A stretch of 64,000 nucleotides of DNA from Microthyrium microscopicum. Lineage: Eukaryota. The translations under genes were made by a program, and so were the position numbers. Below are positions 12,980 through 25,338 of the stretch, piece after piece. The notes beneath the pieces are model-generated. The model worked only from the letters and a program-made list of their open reading frames with translations. It had not been told where the DNA came from and did not search any database. The stretch is from positions 4,110,282-4,174,281 of the forward strand of contig MU004230.1 in NCBI GenBank assembly GCA_010405405.1, read 5' to 3'. The number at the start of each line of letters is the position of its first letter. Positions within the stretch are counted from its first letter, which is position 1.

Positions 12980-13780
12980 TAGCTACGCTAATGGGCTATA
13001 TAGACGCTACTCTTAATAAGCAGGTAAAAACCCTTATCTAATTAGCTAATCTATCCGAATCTAGCTAAGCTAGCTTACTCTAAGCCTAGGGCCTAGTCTA
13101 GCTTTAGCTAATCCCTATATATTTAGCAAACTAAGGCGCTAACTATATAAGGAAAAACCCTACTATCATATTCTATATACTAATTCGTACTAAGGCTAAT
13201 ATTATACCCTACTAAGCCCTATTGGCCCCCTAAGCTACAGAAGCTTTAGTAGGTTAGGAAGCCAAATTCTAAGGAGTATTTAGCCTGTTAGCACTTCTCC
13301 AAGCTAGTTCCACTATAGGTTATTATTCTTCCAATCGGTCTACTACTTTAAGTTCCTAAAGTTACTAATATTATTATCCCCAAAGGGCCGAGATTCCTTC
13401 CTTATTATTATGTTAGATTCCTCTATTCGTGCCGCAATACCAAGTCTAAGGCAGCGCCAACGGTCTGCTAAAAGCTATCTATCTACGCTATGCTTTGCTT
13501 TTAAGCCAAAATCTAGGTCCTTCAGCTTAGCATGTTCTAGGTTACCTCCCCTAAGTCTGCCAGCTTATTCCTATAGCGCCATATTTGTGCTAACCTAAGG
13601 ACACTGTACTTACTAAGCCATAGTGTCCTAGATCCCGTAATTTACTACTATATTATTTAGTCTAATCTTTACCTTCCACGACTAGATTTCGGACTTACTA
13701 AGCTAAGGCCGCTCGTCTAATCTAATTACTAAGAGCCGTAAAAGAATTAGCTTCGGCATACTAAATTTACTACGCTTTAG
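12980..13780 (-). pseudogene. RIP-degraded protein-coding relic of unknown family
   Basis: Less AT-rich than its neighbours. One minus frame reads as protein (e.g. LLADRWRCLRLGIAARIEE...LGEVLTG*ILLRIWLP), interrupted almost only by TAG/TAA codons. Confidence 0.45.
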
Positions 13781-14058
13781 CGATATTATAGCTTATTTTT
13801 TAATGTAGCTTTATATAGTAACTTATTTCTAATCATGTAATTTTAACGCTAGTCCATTATTGGTTAGTGGGGCTTCGATAAGGATAATCTTGTAGCTATA
13901 TATAGCAGTTATGTAATACAAAAATTTACACTTTCTACAATATATTAAAAAGAGCTGTAGCTCATCCTTTACACCTACTAAAAAGGGAAGGATAACCTTC
14001 CCTAAAAAGTAGTGAACATAGCTTTAAAAGCGAGTAACGATTACCTTTTTAGGGTAGC

Positions 14059-14150
14059 AGGGGAGATAGGAATCGAACTCGTGCCCTGCGGATTCTTAAA
14101 CAGGTAGGGCCTGCCGCAAGATCGCAAGTACTACTACTATACTACTCCCC
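14059..14150 (-). pseudogene. tRNA-like relic (tRNA pseudogene or tRNA-derived SINE head); isotype uncertain
   Basis: Minus strand: GGGGAG...CTCCCC acceptor-like stem, A-box-like TAGTATAGTAG (RIPed TGGTGTAGTGG) and B-box GAGTTCGATTCC. The T-stem and anticodon stem are imperfect, with a ~20-nt insert. Confidence 0.6.
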
Positions 14151-16780
14151 TAAAAGAGAAGTATAATATAAAGCATATAAGTATACTATAGTATATAATA
14201 ATAAGTAAGATAGAATAGTAAAGAAGCTTACTTTAACTACGTCCTTAGTCTAGTTCTAGAATTAGTTTATATTAGACATAAACTAACTCTAAGTAATAAC
14301 TTAATTTATAATATTCAAAAATTTTAGGACTAGCTAGTTTTTATTTATAACTTTTATTATAAAGTTAGAGAAAGTATATAAGAATACGTACTAGCGGCTA
14401 TTACAATTTATTTTCTATATTACTAGTTAGCTTATAAGTTAAATTATAGCATATTAGATATTATATTATAACGTAATAAATAAAGATAGTTTAATAGAAA
14501 AAGATAGTTTAATAGAAAAAGAAAAGTAAATAGTATTAGTTAAGAATTAATAAGAGAGAGAATATATAAATAAATAAAGTATATATAGAGATAAATAAAG
14601 AAGAGAATAAATATTAGGATATTATATACTAGCTAGTAAGTAGCATCTACGCCTATAGGCATATTATTATCGTTATTTATAGCGTTAGTAATAGTAGTAG
14701 TAGTAATATCTTTAGCCTTACGCTTTTTAGTTAATATATAAGTAACTAACCTAGAATCTCTAGTTTTATAAAGCGCTTAGCGCTTCTCCTATAATTATAT
14801 TAATATTAGCATTTAGTTTAAATATACTAGTAGAAGGCCAATTTATAATAATAGGATAATCTATACTGTCTAGTACAACCTAATATAGCTTAAAATAAAA
14901 GTAATTAATATCGTAATAATTTTATATAGTTGTATAACTAATATAGATTAAGTTAAGACATTTAGTATATAATTAAATAAGCTAGTTCTAATATTCTATA
15001 GCTCTTCTAATTACTAGATCAAAAGTATAGCATAAAGTATTAGATATATTCTAGAATAATATAAAGTAATATATTTTAATAAATATTAATTAGATTAAAG
15101 TTAACTTATACGAGCAGCTAGTACTTCTAGCGACATAGTAGATTTAGCGTTTATCTTTACTACGCATTATAAATAATAATACTAAAGTATAATATAAAAG
15201 TATAAAAAAAAATAAGGTAAGGTAAAGTAAGGTAAGAGTAGGTAAAGAGTAGTAAAGCAAATCTAAAAATATAAATTTAACTTTACTTAACTAATATCTA
15301 TAGATATAAAGTTAGATTAAAGAAGTAGTAATAGTAAAGTATAGTCTATATTACAATTAGATTAAGATTATCTAATATTATAAAGATCTAGTCCTAAAAT
15401 AGAAATTAGATGCTTAAATATCTAGACCCTTATAATATTTAGACCTTTAATAATAGTATAAATATCTACGTAGCTAAATAGACATCAACGCGATTTAAAC
15501 ATCTAATTAAGTAGTTTATCTAAATGTTTAGATAGTACTTTTAGGATTTAACGTAAATAGAGACTAAAACAATTAGATAATCCATAATTTAGATTACTCT
15601 TTATTTGGGTACTATAAAGACGCTCTATTAATTACTGGACCGCTATATTGCCTCTACCAAAACATAGGGTACGCTTATCTGATGCGGCTCTAAATCCCCC
15701 CGGCCAATAATGGTGGTTCGCGGCAATGCCCGTGCTGCCAATCACCGACCTTCTAGACTTTTAATGCGGTCTTGGAATCAGCCTCTGTAAAATTGGCCGT
15801 TTGGCTGAGGACCAAAAGGGGCTTTTTTTGCTAACATTGACAATTTGACTTCAAGCTCTGACTTGTAGAAGTTAGGCTGTCCGCCCAAGGCGTTCATTAG
15901 ACCTCTTGCTTGGTCTGGCTCTCGTTCGATTTGCTGATCATTTCCCTTTCAGCTACTGCTTTGGCGAGATCGCAGCTCAATATTGAATGGCCACTGAAAT
16001 TCGAACGTATTTCTTGATTGTTTTCTAGCCAAGTCTGGAATCCCCAATGACCGGTCAGACTTGAGACGCGAAAGGCTGTTGTTCATTAAGCGCGACGCGC
16101 CCATCGATATACCCACAAGGCGTAGCTTGGCTATCCACGCCGTCGCCCCCGAAATCTGGGGATTATTTTCTTCAAAACGTAATCAATGATACGTCGAAAG
16201 ATTGTGACTTTGGTAGTTTGTTAAGGCTTATATCTGGGGCATGATAAGTTGACTTGACTTCTGGGCATATTGGCTGATGTGAGCGACCTCATCCCTCAAT
16301 TCTGATGATACAATTAAACCGTGTGATACTCATTCGGAATCTTGGACACCATTCTCCTGCCGCTGACTCCTGAGGCTGAGTGCCTGCTCAGAAATTGCCG
16401 AAGGCTGACAGAGTCAACGATGGCTTATGAATAATGAAATACATTGGCATTTTCAAGCTTTCAAGAATAAGCTTCCAACCTATTTGACTACCTCCTGGAG
16501 CGTCTTATTGACCTCCTATTTACTAGCGCAAGCTGGATATATGGTCATCGCAGTACTGGATTGGCTTCTACTTCAGCGCTCAAGCAAGTTAAAACCTGGG
16601 ACAGACTTTGAGATTCAAATATACTCTCACAAAATACGTCGCAATTTTAACACAAAATGGTGAACGGAAATAGTTATAACTGGCAACAGTATACTTCGTG
16701 AAAGATTTCTGGCTCTACTGGACATAATTCCCCACAATCACATCTGACATGGTGCTAAGACGAAGTATAGCTCGAGTTAC

Positions 16781-18631
16781 TTATTTTTTGTCGGCATAGT
16801 GTAGACGTACTTTTGTTCCATGCTGAGGGAAAAGTGTAATTCCCATACCCTTCACTGGCCTTCCTTGCGCTCCCACCCAAGTAATGTTGTCGAAAGTCTG
16901 GAGTAATCGTACAGTGAGATAACTGGCTTCGATTATAGCGTATTGCTCTGTGAAGTTGCTGATTAGTTGCTACTTGGAAGTGATGCTAAAGGACAAACTT
17001 ACGACCTAAGCATACTCTTGGACCACCAGAGAATCTATATAGATTTTCAATCAGTCTGACATCTAACCAGGAGCCACGATACAGAACTTACGGAACAAAG
17101 CTCCAGTCATGTTTTCTATCTCGAAATCGTTCTGGTCTGAATTCATCCGCGTCCTCGCCCCAAATATCTGGTCGTCGTTGCATGTTGTAAATGAATACCC
17201 CAACAACTTGCCCTTTTCGTATGGCCACCGGCCTATCGCCGTTTGGTCCGCCGCCTACAGGAAGAATTGTGTCTCGGATGGCAGTGCGCATATTGGCTGG
17301 AACAGTTGGGTAAAGTCGAAGTGTTTCGTTGATGACATACTGCAGATATCGACATGACTTGAGTTCCGCAAAGCCTATCTTCTTACCAGAGGAAGGAGAG
17401 TCTCCAAAGTCCTCAATGATAACGTTGCGGAGCTTTCGAAATACATTGGGATGGGTGGCGAGGAGATAAAACATCCAACTCAATAAAGCGGATGTTGTAT
17501 CACGTCCAGCTGCCATTAAAGCTATTTGTTGTCAATCATCCGGGTATGGTCAAAACTCAGAGCATAACTTACACAAGACATTGTCTTGTATCTCCTCCTG
17601 GTCACTAGTCGATTTGGCCAATTCTTCTACGATGCTATAAGTACCATGACCGGTTTGCTTCTCCTTAACGTTTGATCGGCGAGCGAGCGTTGCTTGAATC
17701 GTCTGGCGAGTAAACTGACGTACGGTCTCGGTCACTGCTCTGGATTTTAGGCCATCGGCTACAAAGTAGAGGCTTTGTAACTTTACTCGTAGCGAGATTA
17801 ATTCTTGGGCTTTAGAAAAGGCGTCTGAAAACTTTGCAAATTCTCGCCGCTTCTTGTTATTTGTCTCTGAAGATGCCTACATAATGTCAGTGTCGTATAA
17901 CCTGAGCAAACAGTCAAAGTAATAAGATTGTTCAGCCTCGCCAAATGAAACGGAGAAACGGAAGACATCTCGAGACTTACCTCTGCAAGCTGAGAATTAA
18001 CACTCTCCCCAAAGATAAAAGACGTCGCCGTATCCAGAGTGAAGCGATAGAAGAGAGGCAACAGATCTACAGTCGAAGTCCAACCATCGTGTCCAGATGG
18101 TATCACATCGATCAATATATTGGAAGCTCTTTCCGTCTCGACCAGGTCATTGATGTTGTCTCTTGCAAACAAAGGTCGAAACAAGGCTCGAGCATGCGAC
18201 CAAGCTGGACCGTCGACTGTAAATATGCCTTTCCCAAGGAGCACACCAAACTGCTTCTTTCGTAGTTTGCCAATCGAGTAATCGTTGAACTTGGTTGCAA
18301 ATACTGCCTGCACGTTTCTAGGTTCTGCAGTGCTAACGAGAACAGACCCAAAGAGCCCAGCCGATTCGTAAGTCCAGGTGTTCATTTCTTCCAGACGTTT
18401 ACCGATTATGTCGTCGAAAAAGTCTTCGCCGCGAGATACTGCTCTCAAGACTCTGTACATGCCGTCAAGTGCCCATGGGAGTTTGTACTCGACTGGTTTT
18501 GCTGGTTCTGCGCCATTATCGCGAGCAAATTGTTGGAATCGCTTCTCGGCATGATAAGACCTGATCAGTGATACAGCGTAGATTATGAATGCAAGAAAAG
18601 TAAGCGTATATCCTAGAGTTGAAATGCCCAT
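16781..18631 (-). CDS. Cytochrome P450, CYP52 clan (alkane/fatty-acid hydroxylase-like); 5 exons
   Basis: Exons 18631-17981, 17876-17573, 17521-17092, 17034-17003, 16947-16781, joined by GT-AG introns. Motifs: N-terminal TM anchor, LLGKGIFTVDG, AGRDTT, ETLR, PERF and heme motif FSGGPRVCLG. Confidence 0.93.
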
Positions 18632-19384
18632 GATGGGTGGTAGTTGCTTCAACGGAGTTAGACAACAATAGCAAAGAGTTTAGAATATTGTTGGCACCAC
18701 TTTGACAGCAGGAAGAGTTGCAATAGTCTTTGGCCTAATTTGATCTGTCGCCTTCAAAAGCCAAGCGAAATGTTACCAAAATGTTGAAGAAACAAGTGGC
18801 ATCTTGGCTTTCAGGCTACCTTGTACGGAGTTGGGGAGGCATCGGGATTCAAGACCTCGTATTCAAGAGCAATTAAACCAATCCCGTTCGACTCGTAATT
18901 CTACGTTATACCATGATCAATCATAAGTGCGATAAATATATAGTCGCTTCCTGGCAACGAGCAGTAGTCTAAGGAATGTATTTGCTAAAATGCTGATGTA
19001 GAACACTGTTGGACGCAAACAAGATATAATTCATCACCGTAAACCATTACATATATCAGCTCTAATTTAGCATATATCTGAAGCAAATGGAGTGCCATAA
19101 TTGTTCCTTCCTAATACGCTCCCTTTAAAGTCTGCCCTTCCCCCGAGCTCGCTTTCTGAATACTGTAGTCAAAAGCTGGTCAAAAAGAGAAAACTGCACC
19201 TGTGAAATGCAAACAAGCATTTCTAGTTTCCAAATTGAAGCTGCATGACTATTGCTCCCATATCTTTTCATTTTCGATAAAATAGTACCGAAAATGTTGG
19301 TGATGGAGCAAAATGACTTCGAAACTGCGCATGCTAGTTATATTCAAAAACTCCGGAATGCTGGATGATTCTTGATAGAATTTT

Positions 19385-19462
19385 GCTTCTATGGTCTAGT
19401 GGTATGACGTCCGCTTCACAGTAATGCGCTGAAGGTCCTGGGTTCGATCCCCAGTGGAAGCA
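19385..19462 (+). tRNA. tRNA-Val(CAC) with a 6-nt insertion/intron
   Basis: Acceptor GCTTCTA/TGGAAGC+A, D-arm GTCT-AGTGGTA-TGAC, anticodon loop TT-CAC-A, T-arm CTGGG-TTCGATC-CCCAG. Confidence 0.88.
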
Positions 19463-19465
19463 TCC

Positions 19466-19473
19466 TTTTTTTT
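19466..19473 (+). terminator. RNA polymerase III oligo-T terminator
   Basis: T8 run 3 nt after the tRNA 3' end. Confidence 0.8.
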
Positions 19474-20588
19474 GCATCCATAAATTAAGACGAGATGCTT
19501 CTTTATGATGGTTGGATCCTTATTGTACTCTCCTACATTTCTGGCCCTTGTGTGTGGTTGGTGTGGTTGCAACACCTTCGGAAACCAACATGATCTACCT
19601 GCACGTATCCGGCAACAACATTGGAGAAGATACGATCTGTTATTGATAGTTTCTCCAAATGGAACGATGATAATCTTAAGAAAGAGTCCAGATTGAATAG
19701 AGCTATATTTCTTTGAGTCAATTTGCTGTAACGAATGATGGGAATAAAGTTGGGCTATCTTCCTCACGAGACTCGTTTCTTACTCTACATCAGTATCAAC
19801 CTTGCGCTTGAGTAAACATGATGCAGAGTAGACTAGAGTAAACCCTACATGTTGAACCAGATCAGACATAAAAACGCTATATCTGCGTTCCTTTAACACA
19901 CTTCCAGCCTGTATAAACTCATAGACAATACAAAGACTTCTAAACCAAACCCATCTCCAATTCTAGTACCTCCTATCCATTTCCCTCACAGCGACAAGTC
20001 ACATCAAAGCAAAACAAGATCCTTAAAGTAAAAGAGGTCAATTCAGTACACTTTTTCTACATAGGTTATCTCGAAACCGAATGATCCATCATTAGATGAC
20101 ACAAGAAAAAAAAGAACAGACAGGTACAAAACAGAAAGCAAACCCAACCACAATAAGAACCAATCTTGAACGCCCATGCAACTCCACTAGAGGCAGAAAA
20201 TATCCTCTTTTGATAAAAGCCAAAAGCTAATCGCTAATCCCCTTCAATGGGATGGGAAATAAGACACAAGAGACACCGCAACTACATCTCCTCTTTAGTC
20301 CTCGAGAGGTTCGAACTTGTGTATGTATATATTTTTTCTCTTCCTCGCACAAGCTTCATCAAGTCAAGTCAAGTTGATTTTCCATGAAATGCTGCTGCTG
20401 CAAATCAAGGATGTCGTAGAAAAGTAAAATTCAAGTGAGGAAAGAAAAAGAGGAAGCAGAGTGACTTGGCTAAAAGTATGAATTACAGCCCCGACTGCAA
20501 AAAAGCACAGGTCCGGAGATAGAAAATGCTGAGAATAGAGAATTTGATGCAAGAGAGAGGAATGACGAGTGACGCGATTTTGGCGCAT

Positions 20589-23519
20589 CTATCTCTTACG
20601 TGTGAGACGTAGAGCACCAGTCTTAAAAAGGAAGACAAGGCAGCCTGCGAAACGGATGACAGAGAGACCAGCAGTTGCCCACAGAAGAGCAGAGAAGTAT
20701 CTCGCGGTACGAGCTTGAGCCCCATAGGAAGCCTAGTAGTCATGTTAGAATTGGTTCTGCGCCACTGATGCTTTAGAAAGACTTACTGGGAAGATGAAAT
20801 CAAAGTTGGTGCTGGTGATAATGATGGCAAGAATAGTGTTGGAGAAAACCCATCCAGCTACCAACTTGGTACGGAAACTCTTGTAGGAATCTTCCAAACT
20901 CTTCTCGGTACTTTCCTTTGGTGCCGTATATGGTTGCAAGGCGCGCTTGACGGTAACCTCAAAATTGCTGTCAATATCAGCTTGAGGTAGGTCTATTTCC
21001 TCAATGACGGTATGTTTTCCGTCATCCGCTTTTTCGGTCTTTACAGATGGCAGAGCTTCGGCTTTATCTGAACCCTTGGTACCCCAAGACACGTCGTGCC
21101 AGTTGGAAAAGGCGTAAACGTTCAGAATGTTGATGAAGGACGGCATGAGAAGAAGATATTGAGGGAAAGACGTGAACATGTGCCAAGGATCCCAGTATAG
21201 GAAGGAAGCGACGTAGTAGAGACCAAAGGTAGCAACAACAGCGATAAGAATGACACCGACACCGTCTGGACTGAAGAATTTATCCAGATCGTTGAAGCCT
21301 TCCAGTAGAGCGTTTCCACCAAGCGCTCTAGCCAATAGATAGAAGGACAGAACGAGAAGATAGGCCTGGATGACAGCAAATACACTGAAAGACGTGATAT
21401 AAGTCCATCTGGAACCCTTGGGTCTGTTTCCAAGAGCGAGAATAAATTGCAGGACGACGAAAGCCAGGTAGATGTATTTGAGAACAGTGTTGACGTGAGG
21501 AGTGTAGTGTATACCAAAAGGCCAGCCACGATTTGCAGTTTGTGGAGTGGGGTTTGTAATTTCATCGACAGTACCACCGACAAGATCCATGATGATAGAG
21601 GTTGTGAGCCAGAAAGAGCCGAGCAGGAACCAGGAAAGAATGAGTGTAGAAGTCATGTAAAGCATTTGGAAGACGAAGAACAGCTTGCGGATGGGATTGT
21701 GGCCGGATGCGAACAAGCGGCCGAAATGCATGAGAGCGTACACACTGGCAGCAAAAGAACCGTTTAGCCAACGACGGCGTTGACCTATGAATTCTGGAGC
21801 TCCATCTGGCACATCGGTCTCACCCTTGGCGGCCTTGATATAAGTCAAATGCCACTTGGAACCAGCTTTGGCGACAAGTTCGAAACAAAGAATACGATCT
21901 TCAGCCAAGAACATGTTCTTCTTGAAAATATTCATTCCATCGATACCCTTCTTGCCAAGGATTTTGGCAAGAGAGTGATCACCGTGGAAATATTGTTCAA
22001 GAGGACGACCCATGATGGCGCGATACCGATAAGCAGAGAAAGCACCAGGTAACACAGAGACGTATCCGAAACTACTCTCCAGAGGTTTGTCAAGAATATT
22101 GGAAATCTTGTACTCGAAATTCTGGGCTGCAACCAAGGGGTTTAGGAGATTCTTCCAGCCATGGCCCAATTCGGCGTGAATTTCACCGCAAGCACCGCCA
22201 AGGTTCTTGTCGTTGTAAAATCCTTCCCAGAGGTAGAGAAGAGACTTGTCGCCGGGTTTGGTACCAGCATCAAGTAGAATGACCACTTCTGGGTTCAGAA
22301 TACGACCAAAGGCAGTGAAAAGCCAACGATGGGAGTTGATCTTCTTCTCATTCTTCTGTTTCAAGCAAAACATCATTTGAACCGGTGGCAAAGTGGTGTT
22401 ACTATCATCAAGAGGCCGGACAAGTTGTTGACTGGGAGTGACAGACAATTGTGTGGTGTATTCGAAAATATGAGCGGTGGTTTCACGGCCGTCAATATCT
22501 TTTTTCATGATACCATCCTGGTAAATACCAACGGTAGCGAGCACGTCCAAAGTGCCTTTGTCGCATGGGTCGATACCATCAAAAACCAAGCAGACAACAA
22601 TTTTTTGCCAGGCTGGGCCACCTTTGTTCCAGAATTCTGATTTCTTCAAGTTGACAATTTCCCGGATATTTTTCATGACACCATGAAGAGTTCTGGCGGT
22701 CAAGACTTTGTCTTCGTTGTAGTATGTGATGGCGATCAAAAGCTCGGTGTGGCGATTGTACATTGCCGGCCGAAGATTGTAACCGTTTTTGAGGGTAAAG
22801 TCATTGGGATCGCAGGTAGCGGCAGTATCTGTGTATCGTTAGAAACAGTTTCATTTGTTTCATCGGGAAAATAGCTTGACTTACATCTCATGTGTGTGAA
22901 CTCTTCGCTTCCAGTTTCCAAATCATTGCGATACTTGGCCTGGATGGCATTTTGAATGGCACTTGGCACTGGATAATCAGCACTGAGAACGGTGCCTTGA
23001 ACGAGCTTGACTTTTCTCGTGGCATTGCGCTTCAATCCACCACCACCACCCATGGGGCCACCGGGTTGTTGTCGCTGTCGCCAGCCCTCGACCGAGCTAG
23101 TTTCGCTTCTGGCGTATGGAGATTGGGACCGGTGTGGTGGGTCTAGGCCTCCTGGTGGCCCGCCATATTCTTGTTGTCCGTAGCCTGGTGCACCATAGCC
23201 TTGTGGTCCTGCTTCCGCGTATGTTTCCGTCAGACTGTATGCTGATGGAGGTCGAACGCTTGGGGAATGGTGTCGGTCTGGGACGGCATCTGTGGCATAC
23301 TGATTGCCAAAGGGACCAGCGCGAGTGCCGGTAGGGTCATCGTGCAATAATGATTGCTGGGCATCTTCATCGGAATGTCTGGAGCCAGGACCATGGCCAT
23401 ACTGGTTCCGTTGAGTTAGCTGGGGCCCTTTCTTGATGAGTATAAAGCATTGGAATACATACAGTAGGGTTTTGACCATGATGGCCGTCGCCAAAGCCGC
23501 CTTGGCCCTGATACGCCAT
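20589..23519 (-). CDS. chsB: Chitin synthase, class III (ChsB-like); 4 exons
   Basis: MAYQG start; [76 protein letters not shown]-terminal TM helices. Introns near 23460, 22880 and 20785. Confidence 0.95.
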
Positions 23520-25338
23520 GATGGAGTAAGGGAATCAAGGATGCAAAGAAAAGAAAGGGAAAGTGAAGCGATAGACAGTTACGAAGGTGTAAGGAAACAG
23601 AGGAGATGGAATTAGGATGAGAGTGTGTGTGTTGGAAGGAGGATGATCAAGATTCAAGGGGAAGGGAACAATGAGTGAGGTTCTGGGCGACGGAGGATAA
23701 TGAATTAAAAGAAGGGAAGGCGCCACGCAGTTTAGGAGGGACGTTCCTTCCTTGCAAGGCAAGAGGGAGGAGCCAGCAGCGCCAGCAAGTTGCAGCAAGA
23801 GCAGTGCAGAGCAGTTGCTGCGCACAACTTCAGCTGCCAGGCCTGGTAATTGGCTAGAATCAGCAACTACGCAGCTATCCGTGCTGAAAAGCGGTTTAGT
23901 TTTGACTGGGGGGGCACAAGTCCTCTGTCAGCTCTCAGAGCCAAAAAATAGGGGATTTGTTTCAACCTTTCAACGCCAATTCGACCTTTCCTATGATTTT
24001 TCGCCTAGGAAATTAGGAATGCCAATATAATAAGGAGGATGTGCTTTTAGATATCTCCTTTACAAGCAGCCTGCGGATTCCTCATACCAAAATTACAGTT
24101 TGTGAAGTGCTGGTATAACTGACTACTTGTAGAAAGAGTAACAGCATATTGCTACCATATCCCTGAGGGCCCCTATTATCTAGGCGGGTAATCGCTACAC
24201 TCTATTGTAAAATCCCATTCTACTTGTTCAACTATTAAGTTACGATCGTCACATCCGCGTCAACTATCCACTCATTTTCGCTATACCAAGAATCTATCTA
24301 CAAATACACCCTTATAGCCTTACGCTTAAGCTTAGAGCCGTTCCACGTTTCTGGGGCTCACTGCTACTGCTACGGCTCCTGCTACTCCGCATGGCTAGTC
24401 TTCAACCCGTTCCCAAAGTTTGAAGAAGTTCACCGTCCCAGAGGTTTACCATGCATCGCCTTTTCTGTCAGCAAATGCACCTCAGCCCCCAACCGAAATA
24501 ACAATGGAATCCGCCACAACCGTGCTTCCGCCCCAGCCCTCAGGGAATATTTTTCTTCTGGTGGAGGTTCGCAAAGGGCCTGCTTGGGGTGAGATCTCTT
24601 GCGCCACAGGCCAACCCAAACGCTGCTGTGTGTGGTTGCTGCGAAATTGCGAAAAGCGTTGGCATTCCTTGAGAGTGGTTTGCATCCGAAAAAAATATGT
24701 TAAAAATAGCCCCCAGGGAAACTGCGCCACGCGGCGACGGCCAAAACCGCCAACCCCCGGCTTAGCGTAGCATTATGGATGGCCATTACCTTTTGGGTAA
24801 GCGCGATTCAAGCCGTCACCACATTTTTCCAAAAAGGATTTCTAACTTTTCTCATCTCATCTTGAGGTTTTCTACGATCTGGATTGCAGCCTCATCTCTT
24901 GCACTTCTCTGAACAATCTGTTAGGGAAATATTGTAACTTTTGCTTCCTAGCTCCTCTGCAAGCGCGAGTAGTGTGGTTAGCGATGGATTGATAGACAGG
25001 GCAGCCGCTGCTTCTTTGCATCAATCCCGCATATTTTTGCGTGCGGCTGAGAAAGCCCTCCGCAAATTGAGTGCAAGCGAGCGGTGAGAGGCCTCTGTAT
25101 CGTGCCCAATTGAGGAGGTCTAGGCCTATGTTGCTGAATCGCTGCAGAATAGCGGTTCAACAACTCGCCCACCCAACAATTCAGCCGCTACTCACTCTTG
25201 TTCAGCCCTACGGTAGCAGTTCAACTCCACTCTACCGCGGAGCTTAGAATACGGTCAGCGTTGGTCAGACGTGCAGAAACGCGTGAGCGGGAATCCCGCC
25301 TTCTTGGTGTATTCTGCATGAGTGCTTACCGTACGAAC

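Larger units (their letters stand above)
1..15620. other. AT-rich RIP-mutated repeat block
   Basis: Very AT-rich, with abundant TA/TAG/TAA/CTA, scarce CA/TG and almost no ORFs of 60 aa or more. TE motifs become readable when TAG/TAA is read as Trp/Gln and TAT as Cys/His. Composition returns abruptly to normal at about 15.63 kb. Confidence 0.95.

Noticed and set aside
13410..13598. 62-aa plus-strand ORF
   Set aside because: Antisense shadow of the minus-strand relic.
13984..14003. Small hairpin GGGAAGG-ATAA-CCTTCCC
   Set aside because: A 7-bp stem is expected by chance, and bacterial-type terminators are irrelevant in a fungus.
14180..15616. Possible Tc1/mariner element ending in GGGTACTATA (RIPed ACTGTA) near 15616
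   Set aside because: No convincing matching inverted repeat at the other end and no DDE or HTH motif recognised.
16427..16663. 78-aa ORF downstream of the P450
   Set aside because: No domain, splice or codon support.
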